64,000 nucleotides of DNA from an uncultured Gammaproteobacteria bacterium (GTDB lineage Bacteria; Patescibacteriota; Patescibacteriia; UBA1558; S5-K13), in assembly GCA_964640635.1 (NCBI GenBank), contig CAZXFD010000002.1, positions 179,115 to 243,114 of the forward strand. Reading direction: 5' to 3'. Positions 57,831-64,000 of this stretch are shown here, in pieces. A model generated the notes under the pieces. That model ran no database searches. It saw only the letters and a program-made list of their open reading frames with translations, and was not told the DNA's origin. The position numbers and the translations under genes are program-made. Every line of letters starts with the position of its first letter. Within the stretch, counting starts at the first letter, position 1.

Positions 57831-57949
57831 ACAATCGCTTTTCAGATGATTATATAAATATTCTATGGATATACTATATAAAAATCAATATCAATAAAAT
57901 TACAAACAAAAAAGCGCCGAATTTTATTATCCGACGCTTGTTAACCTAT

Positions 57950-58654
57950 TTAACCAAATATATCCTCCCATGCAATACGATCTTTTAATTTATAGGAAGA
58001 TATAGTCTGATATTTGTTAAAAAATTCTTGACCTAAGGCTCTAAATCTTTTCACAATCTCTTCTTCATACCACACATCCTGCTTTGCGTTTAAAAAAGCA
58101 GATGCCTCTTTTATAAATTCAGGATCTTGGAGGGATTTAGCATGAACGACTTCATAAGTAGCGCCATACTCTTCCATTTTAGCTCGTATTTTTCCAAGTT
58201 CCCGCATACACATCATTCCCAGACATTCTGAAACACAATCATAACCCTTTGTAACCCTTTGATCAATCAAAAGCCTCATCTTCGTTCCCTTTGGTTGAAA
58301 AGAATCCTTGTCTAAGACGACCGTCTTGTAATCGCTATAAGTATCTTCTACTTGACCCCTGTATTTACATCCCATAAATACAATGAACTCTCTTACGCCT
58401 AAATTTAGAAAATAATCCAAAGACGACTGATCTATCGTCTCATTTGGCTCTAAATCAATATTTAAATAAATAATAATTCTCGCCTTTGGATTTTCTTTTA
58501 ATTCTTTTTCTAATTTATCGGCATCAAAAGCCCTGAGTATTATTGGTCTAGTCAAATTGACTTGATCAATTAATCTTATATTTTCCATGTCTTGCGCTGT
58601 AACATCTTGATTTGTATTCATTTTATCCTCCTTAAGGACTTTATAATTTTTCAT
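57950..58654 (-). CDS. Hypothetical protein (234 aa)
   Basis: ORF with its own terminator (57921..57950, stem cggcgct/agcgtcg). No family recognised; Cys cluster CVSECLGMMC. Confidence 0.3.
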   Translation of the reverse strand: MKNYKVLKEDKMNTNQDVTAQDMENIRLIDQVNLTRPIILRAFDADKLEKELKENPKARIIIYLNIDLEPNETIDQSSLDYFLNLGVREFIVFMGCKYRGQVEDTYSDYKTVVLDKDSFQPKGTKMRLLIDQRVTKGYDCVSECLGMMCMRELGKIRAKMEEYGATYEVVHAKSLQDPEFIKEASAFLNAKQDVWYEEEIVKRFRALGQEFFNKYQTISSYKLKDRIAWEDIFG

Positions 58655-58753
58655 ATAAAAGCGCCGAATTGCTCGCCTCGCTATTGCTACCTGCCTCGAC
58701 TTGCGTCTATAGCAAGGCGGGTGGTGAAGCGGGTATTATCCGACGCTTAACAT

Positions 58754-59602
58754 TTATTGCTTCTTTTTTGAACTCAATCTTTCAGCATGTTCACGTACTT
58801 GCCTTTGCCATATTATGCGAGGATCTTCAGTCCAATATCCAATATACATATCGTCGTCAAATATAGAATCATAACCTCTGACCAACTTAGTCCATTTTTT
58901 ATCTGCTACGGAAGTAGCACGAATATCTAACCTCGTCGTATAAAGTTCAGAATGATATTTATCCAAAAATTGTCCTAACTGTTTTTCATCCATTTTTTCA
59001 ATCTCTACTAATGCAATTTTATTCCATCTTTGCATTATTATTTCCGAACTATACTCCAGCTCTTTAGGGTCATGTAGATTTTCTACACAATTTATGTATT
59101 TTTTTATAAGCTCATCAATTTCATCTAGCGAAGTCATTTGTTCAACTATTGGTCTGGCAAGATCATCCCACTTCTGTATTAATGATTTATATGTATCACC
59201 CCATTCTAGCAATATCATGTTAGATATACGGTCATAACTATCATATTTTTTCATAAAGTCATTAACTTCATCTAGTGAAATCATTTGTTCAACTATTGGC
59301 TTGCCTAAATCAGCAAGCTTATTTAGAAGGGGTCTTACATGTCCATATACGAAATTTTTAACAGAATAACCATCAAAACAAGAGTATTTATCTTTATCAA
59401 TCTTTGTATAGAAACTAATTACCTTAGAGACCCGTACTAATGCATCATCTACCTCATCAAATGTATTGCAAACAATAGATAACTTATTTACGATATCATC
59501 AAAAGGAATATTTTCTAGTTCATTAATATTTAAAATACTAACTAATTCTTCATAGTTTGTTGCATTTTGTATTGCCAGTGAAACTTCTTCCTTCTTATCC
59601 AT
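58754..59602 (-). CDS. Hypothetical protein (282 aa) with an internal roughly 40-aa duplication
   Basis: LADLGKPIVEQMISLDEVNDFMKKY and WDDLARPIVEQMTSLDEIDELIKKY repeats. Its terminator carries the same stem as its neighbour's, with a 60-nt GC-rich loop insertion. Confidence 0.3.
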   Translation of the reverse strand: MDKKEEVSLAIQNATNYEELVSILNINELENIPFDDIVNKLSIVCNTFDEVDDALVRVSKVISFYTKIDKDKYSCFDGYSVKNFVYGHVRPLLNKLADLGKPIVEQMISLDEVNDFMKKYDSYDRISNMILLEWGDTYKSLIQKWDDLARPIVEQMTSLDEIDELIKKYINCVENLHDPKELEYSSEIIMQRWNKIALVEIEKMDEKQLGQFLDKYHSELYTTRLDIRATSVADKKWTKLVRGYDSIFDDDMYIGYWTEDPRIIWQRQVREHAERLSSKKKQ

Positions 59603-59971
59603 TTTATCCTCCCAGATAAACTTTATTTATTTTTCAAGGCACTGTCCTTGTCTGAATATACCATAATAGCATACCCCGGCCTTCTTGTCAAGTATTGTCA
59701 TCAACTTCTTGTTGACAACAATTATTTTATGATATATAATGATAGTATATAAGGGCAGATTAGAGCTCTCTGTCATATAATTATTGACACTCCTGCGCAT
59801 TTACAATTTGGCCATTTTTCATTTACAATTGATTTGCTATTGGCTATTTTGGCTATTTACCATTTAAATACAAAAAGAATAAAATATAGCTAAATAATCA
59901 AATAGCCCAATAAATTGAAAATAATAAATTATAAATCAATTGAAAATTACTAAATATTAAATTAAAAATAT

Positions 59972-60730
59972 ATGCTAAGCGATCTAAAAGATCTTGGCTT
60001 TACGCCAAACGAAATAAAAGTTTATGAATCATTACTAAAACTCGGAGAAACTCCTGTTGGGGGCATTATTAATGACCTGAAAATTCATAGACAAATTGCC
60101 TACAATGCGCTTGATACTCTAGAAAAACGAGGCATGATATCAAAAACAATGAAAAACAAAGTTTATCATTTCAAAGTTGAAGATCCAGAGATAATTGTAG
60201 AAAATATCCAAAAACAAGAACTTATCGCAAAAAGACTATCAGGACTGATAAAGCTTGAAATGGGTAAGACAAAAATAGACAATTCAATTGATATTTACAA
60301 TGGCAGAGAAGGAGTTAGAAAATTTCAAATTCATATGATGAATGAAATATCTACCAATGGAACAATATATATAATTCAAGGTGGTGCTACAGCATACCAA
60401 CAAACAATGGGATTAGACTTTATAATAAAAAAAATAGACCCTATAAGAATAAGAAAAGGTATTATTGTAAAAAACGTAATGTCTGAAAAAGACCGGTTAG
60501 AAAATAAAAAATACATGGGAAGTATAAATGCAAAAAGCAAAAACCTCAGGCAAGTTAAATTCCTTCCCTATCAAAATATTATCAATCCAACATTTACAGA
60601 TATCTGGGAAAATCATGTATCATTCATATCTTCTGGGAAAGAACCATTTGCAATAGATATCAAAAATCAAGAATTTTATAATTCATATTTAGAGCACTTT
60701 AATGTGCTTTGGAAAATGGCAAAGAAATAG
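59972..60730 (+). CDS. TrmB-family transcriptional regulator (paralogue of 43918..44700)
   Basis: LGFTPNEIKVYESLLKLGETPVGGIINDLKIHRQIAYNALDTLEKRGMISK wHTH; the C-terminal end resembles the other copy (FNVLWKMAKK vs FKVLWNIAKE). Confidence 0.6.
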   Translation: MLSDLKDLGFTPNEIKVYESLLKLGETPVGGIINDLKIHRQIAYNALDTLEKRGMISKTMKNKVYHFKVEDPEIIVENIQKQELIAKRLSGLIKLEMGKTKIDNSIDIYNGREGVRKFQIHMMNEISTNGTIYIIQGGATAYQQTMGLDFIIKKIDPIRIRKGIIVKNVMSEKDRLENKKYMGSINAKSKNLRQVKFLPYQNIINPTFTDIWENHVSFISSGKEPFAIDIKNQEFYNSYLEHFNVLWKMAKK

Positions 60731-60765
60731 ATATAATAAATATATAATCAATAATAAACAAATTT

Positions 60766-61026
60766 ATGGAAACAATAAAAGTAGTTAATATAAAATGTGG
60801 TGGATGTTCTTCAATGATAACAAGTTCTCTAGAAAAACAAGGCTTAAAAAACATTTCAATTGACGTAGATAATCAAACAATAAGCTTTGACGGAGACAAA
60901 GAGTTGGCAAAAAGGATTTTACAAAAAATAGGATATCCTGAAGCAAATTCAAAAGAGGCAAAAAATTTCTTAAAAAAAGCTCAATCCTATATATCTTGTA
61001 TGATAGGAAGGGTTAATAAGAAATAG
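60766..61026 (+). CDS. Small heavy-metal-associated (HMA/CopZ-like) domain protein
   Basis: VVNIKCGGCSSMITSSLEK (C-x-x-C metal-binding loop) followed by a pattern consistent with a beta-alpha-beta-beta-alpha-beta fold; 86 aa. Confidence 0.4.
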   Translation: METIKVVNIKCGGCSSMITSSLEKQGLKNISIDVDNQTISFDGDKELAKRILQKIGYPEANSKEAKNFLKKAQSYISCMIGRVNKK

Positions 61027-61120
61027 ATTAATAATTATCGATAAATATTCATAAAAAAAGATTTTCATCCTCTTGACCCAATAAAAAATATATGATTAAA
61101 TGATATAGTCCATTATTTAT

Positions 61121-61196
61121 GCGGGTGTCGTATAGTGGTTTATTATATCAGCCTTCCAAGCTGAGGAGGGCGGTTCGATTCCGCTCACCCGCTCCA
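61121..61196 (+). tRNA. tRNA-Gly (anticodon UCC)
   Basis: GCGGGTGTCGTATAGTGGTTTATTATATCAGCCTTCCAAGCTGAGGAGGGCGGTTCGATTCCGCTCACCCGCTCCA. Acceptor GCGGGTG/CACCCGC, anticodon loop CT-TCC-AA, GGTTCGATTCC T-arm, encoded CCA. Confidence 0.8.
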
Positions 61197-61204
61197 CCAA
61201 AAAA

Positions 61205-61228
61205 CCCTCTTTAAAAGAGAGTTTTTTG
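61205..61228 (+). terminator. Weak hairpin plus T-run after tRNA-Gly
   Basis: ccctcttt/aaagagag short stem, then a T6 run. Confidence 0.35.
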
Positions 61229-61278
61229 TTATAAAAAAGCCCAATTTGAAATTGGACATTAGAAATTTGATATTATCT

Positions 61279-61995
61279 CTAATTCCTTATTCCACACTTT
61301 TTTACATATTTTTCCATAATCTTCTTGAACTCTTTTAACATAGCGGGTGGAAATCCTAGTTCACCACTTAAATCTTCGTCTAATAGTTTTCCTCTATCTT
61401 CAAAATTTTGCAAAAATACTAAATTAGCACCTTTTAATTCCATGCCTAATTTATCTATATCATCACTAGTAAAATACTTAGGAAGTATTGTTGTTCTAAA
61501 TTCATATTTAAGCTTCGAATTAATTAAATAATTCTTTGTTTTTTCTACTTCCCTATATAGAGAATTCTTGCACCTTGTAATAGTTTCAAATAAACTCTTA
61601 TGCGCCTTATAATCCATTGCAATATAATCAACTAGTTTTTCATCTATTAATTCTTTTAATTTCAAAAAATTACTTCCATTTGTATCAAGCTTTATCTTAT
61701 ATCCCATTTTTTTAACACTCACAATAAATTCTTTGAGTCTTGGTTGTAAAAGTGGCTCTCCTCCTGTTATAGAAAGTGCTTCTAATTTGTGTTTTCTTTT
61801 TTTCAAAAAATCTAGCACATCATTTTCCGGCACATCAAAAATCACTTCCTGATTAAAGGAAATAAGTTCTGGATTATGACAATAACGACAACGAAAATTA
61901 CATCCTTGAGTAAAAATTATTGCAGAAATCTTCTTTGGATAATCAATAAGCGACGTTTTTTGTAAACCTGAAATTTTTAAACCATTATTTTCCAT
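61279..61995 (-). CDS. nrdG: Anaerobic ribonucleoside-triphosphate reductase activating protein (radical SAM)
   Basis: GCNFRCRYCHNPE (C-x3-C-x2-C), ITGGEPLLQ; 238 aa, immediately downstream of the nrdD pieces. Confidence 0.8.
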   Translation of the reverse strand: MENNGLKISGLQKTSLIDYPKKISAIIFTQGCNFRCRYCHNPELISFNQEVIFDVPENDVLDFLKKRKHKLEALSITGGEPLLQPRLKEFIVSVKKMGYKIKLDTNGSNFLKLKELIDEKLVDYIAMDYKAHKSLFETITRCKNSLYREVEKTKNYLINSKLKYEFRTTILPKYFTSDDIDKLGMELKGANLVFLQNFEDRGKLLDEDLSGELGFPPAMLKEFKKIMEKYVKKCGIRN

Positions 61996-62051
61996 TTTGA
62001 TAATAATAAACCCCCATCAAGAAAGTCTCGATGGGGGTATAAACTAAATAA

Positions 62052-62204
62052 CTAAACCTTTGCACACTTTCTTTCATTAAATTCAGCTTGCTTACCATCA
62101 TTCCATTGAGAAACTGGTCGCAAGTATCCAACTACACGAGAGTAGACCTCACATTTTTGTCTTTTTGGGGTCTCATTTAAGATTTTGTTTTTGTCTTCTT
62201 CCAT
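62052..62204 (-). CDS. Stand-alone glycyl-radical C-terminal module of NrdD (50 aa), separated from the main nrdD ORF
   Basis: ATG at 62204. Translation MEEDKNKILNETPKRQKCEVYSRVVGYLRPVSQWNDGKQAEFNERKCAKV contains the NrdD glycyl-radical signature RVVGY (T4 NrdD has RRTCGYLG). It is below the ORF-track length cutoff and in a different frame from the upstream ORF. Confidence 0.55.
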   Translation of the reverse strand: MEEDKNKILNETPKRQKCEVYSRVVGYLRPVSQWNDGKQAEFNERKCAKV

Positions 62205-62286
62205 AATATTAGCTTCTTAGCCAGATAGCTTCGCAGCTTCTTAGCTAATGTTAATTATTATTTATATTATAACTCTTTTTAAATTA

Positions 62287-64000
62287 TTAGTAAAAAGTCT
62301 TGTGATCACTACCTTGGGCTGCCTGATACCCTATTTCTGCATCACATTGAGGGCAGAAATAATGCTCTCCTGCGATATATCCGTGCTTTGGACACACAGA
62401 AAAAGTTGGCGTGATTGAAAAATATGGTAGCTTGTAATTTTTTGCAACTTTTTTTACAAGTTTTTTACAAACCTCTGGATCCTCTATTCTCTCACCAATA
62501 AACAAATGAATTACTGTTCCGCCAGTATAGAGCGCCTGTAAGTCATCTTGCTTATCTAATATTGAAAACAAATCGTCAGTATAATTAACTGGCAAATGAG
62601 TTGAATTTGTATAAAATGCTGGCGCACCATTTTTGTAAGATTCTTCATTTGCAATGATAATATCTGGAAAATTCTTTTTGTCGAGAAGTGCAAACCTATG
62701 ACTCGTTCCTTCTCCTGGAGTTGCTTCTAAATTAAACATATCTCCAGTTTCTTCTTGATATTTTTGAAGTCTATCTCTCATAAAATTCATTACTTCAAGA
62801 GCAAATTTCTTTCCTTCCTCAGAGCCTATATCTTTTTTCATAAAGTTTAGACATGATTCATTCATTCCAAGAAGCCCTATTGTATTAAAATGATTTTTCC
62901 AATAAGCATTAAATCTCTTGTAAATATCACGGAGATAAAATTTGGAATATGGATAAAGTCCCCGCTCAGTAAGTTGTTCTAATATTTTTCTCTTTGTTTC
63001 AAGAGTATCTTTTGCAATATCCATGAGCTCTCCGAGCTTATCAAAATATTCTTTCTTTGTTTTAGAAAGATACCCAATTCTAGGCATATTTATTGTAACC
63101 ACTCCAATGCTTCCTGTAAGTGGATTTGATCCAAAAAGTCCTCCACCTCTTTTTCTAAGAACCCTATTATCAAGTCTAAGACGACAGCACATACTTCTTG
63201 CATCGTCAGGACTCATATCTGAATTTACAAAGTTAGCAAAATAAGGAATTCCATACTTTGCAGTCATCTCCCAAATCTTTTTGTATTTTGGATTATCCCA
63301 ATCAAAGTCTTTGGTCACATTGTAAGTAGGTATTGGAAATGAAAATACGCGTCCGTTTGCATCACCTTCCATCATCACCTCTGCGAAAGCCTCGTTAAAC
63401 ATATCCATTTCTTTTTGGAACTCCCCATAAGTTTCTTTTTGAAGTTCACCGCCAATAATAACTGGCTCATCTTTCATTATTTTTGGAACTGTGAGATCAA
63501 GAGTAATATTTGTAAATGGATTTTGAAATCCAACTCTTGTTGGAACTCCCATATTAAACATAAATTCTTGAATAGCTTGCTTTACTTGTTTGTAGTCAAG
63601 CTTATCGTATCTTATAAAAGGAGCTAAGAGCGTATCAAAATCTGCAAAAGCCTGAGCTCCATTTGCCTCTCCTTGAAGTGTATAGAAAAAATTAACAGCC
63701 TGACCAAGAGCTGTTCGCAAGTGCTTCGCTGGTTTGCATGCAATTTTACCTGCAACACCTTTGAAGCCGACCATAAGCAAGTCTTTCAAATCCCAACCAC
63801 AACAATATACTGCGAGTAAATCCAAATCATGAATATGAAGCTCTCCTGATTTTTCAGCGTCTCTTGCTTGCTTTGAATAAATTTTGTTTAGCCAATAATT
63901 TTTCTGAACAGTAGAGGCAATATAACTATTTAATCCCTGAAGTGAAAAAGCCATATTTGCATTTTCTCTCACTTGCCAATCTAGCTCTCCAATATAGTTT
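62287..64000 (-). CDS. nrdD: Anaerobic ribonucleoside-triphosphate reductase NrdD, catalytic body (N-terminus beyond the window end; lacks the glycyl-radical tail)
   Basis: RENAN...GELHIHDLDL aligns with T4 NrdD NENAN...GIIHVHDIDY. Zn-ribbon remnant CPKHGYIAGEHYFCPQC at the C-terminus. The frame stays open upstream of the GTG at 63970 to the window edge. Confidence 0.8.
   Translation of the reverse strand, partial: NYIGELDWQVRENANMAFSLQGLNSYIASTVQKNYWLNKIYSKQARDAEKSGELHIHDLDLLAVYCCGWDLKDLLMVGFKGVAGKIACKPAKHLRTALGQAVNFFYTLQGEANGAQAFADFDTLLAPFIRYDKLDYKQVKQAIQEFMFNMGVPTRVGFQNPFTNITLDLTVPKIMKDEPVIIGGELQKETYGEFQKEMDMFNEAFAEVMMEGDANGRVFSFPIPTYNVTKDFDWDNPKYKKIWEMTAKYGIPYFANFVNSDMSPDDARSMCCRLRLDNRVLRKRGGGLFGSNPLTGSIGVVTINMPRIGYLSKTKKEYFDKLGELMDIAKDTLETKRKILEQLTERGLYPYSKFYLRDIYKRFNAYWKNHFNTIGLLGMNESCLNFMKKDIGSEEGKKFALEVMNFMRDRLQKYQEETGDMFNLEATPGEGTSHRFALLDKKNFPDIIIANEESYKNGAPAFYTNSTHLPVNYTDDLFSILDKQDDLQALYTGGTVIHLFIGERIEDPEVCKKLVKKVAKNYKLPYFSITPTFSVCPKHGYIAGEHYFCPQCDAEIGYQAAQGSDHKTFY

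Noticed and set aside
1-64000. rRNA genes, integrase or phage structural genes, toxin-antitoxin pairs, restriction-modification or other defence systems
   Set aside because: I scanned for these and found no 16S/23S/5S-like conserved blocks, no tyrosine or serine recombinase motifs, and no recognisable defence-system proteins. The only mobile-element-like genes are the two IS200/RAYT-like homologues.

Overview
This is a low-GC, gene-dense bacterial chromosomal window with short intergenic spacers and GGAGG-type ribosome-binding sites.

The housekeeping backbone is clear:
- tRNA synthetases and RNA processing: trpS, leuS, rnj, rsmA/ksgA, rluD-like.
- Ribosomal and translation cluster: rpsF-ssb-rpsR and efp.
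- Metabolism and nucleotide supply: gpmI, gmk, galU, and a PGI/PMI-type SIS isomerase.
- DNA and regulation: yebC, ruvC.
- Envelope and transport: secG, htpX, a ZIP transporter, an MFS transporter, two solute-binding proteins, a LysM/M23 peptidase, and an MBOAT gene with an AlgX/DltD-like partner.
- Anaerobic ribonucleotide reductase nrdD-nrdG, three tRNAs (Lys-CUU, Arg-UCG, Gly-UCC), and two distinct IS200/RAYT-like HUH transposase homologues.

The gene content (anaerobic RNR, many hypothetical secreted or membrane proteins, a reduced pathway complement) fits a small-genome, probably anaerobic organism, possibly Patescibacteria/CPR-like; that placement is inference. I found no rRNA genes and no CRISPR array.

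The most unusual content is cell-surface and secretion related:
1. An apparent leftward operon (32969 to 18719) encoding a TSP3-repeat membrane protein, a 3049-aa signal-peptide-bearing, cysteine-rich protein with CBM4/9-like sugar-binding modules and a recurrent C-x4-6-G-C motif, a 975-aa polytopic protein with a VirB6/TrbL-like architecture, and a 441-aa unknown.
2. A tandem array (48577 to 53092) of eight paralogous genes sharing a TrbC/VirB2-type pilin core (two TM helices around a GF-x-WMT-[AS]-GG-x-[DE]-E...KKAK loop). The first member carries that core between two large Cys-rich domains.

Other oddities:
- nrdD is split so that its glycyl-radical C-terminal module is a separate 50-aa ORF.
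- Both HUH transposase genes carry in-frame perfect palindromes at the same position.
- A 56-bp structured repeat occurs in inverted orientation 6.1 kb apart, with a third degenerate copy inside the pilin array.
- A family of GC-rich CCCGC/GCGGG hairpin repeats ends in GCTAA, and a 15-nt duplication of the tRNA-Lys 5' end lies beside one member.
- A poly-C14/poly-G bidirectional terminator hairpin separates two convergent genes.
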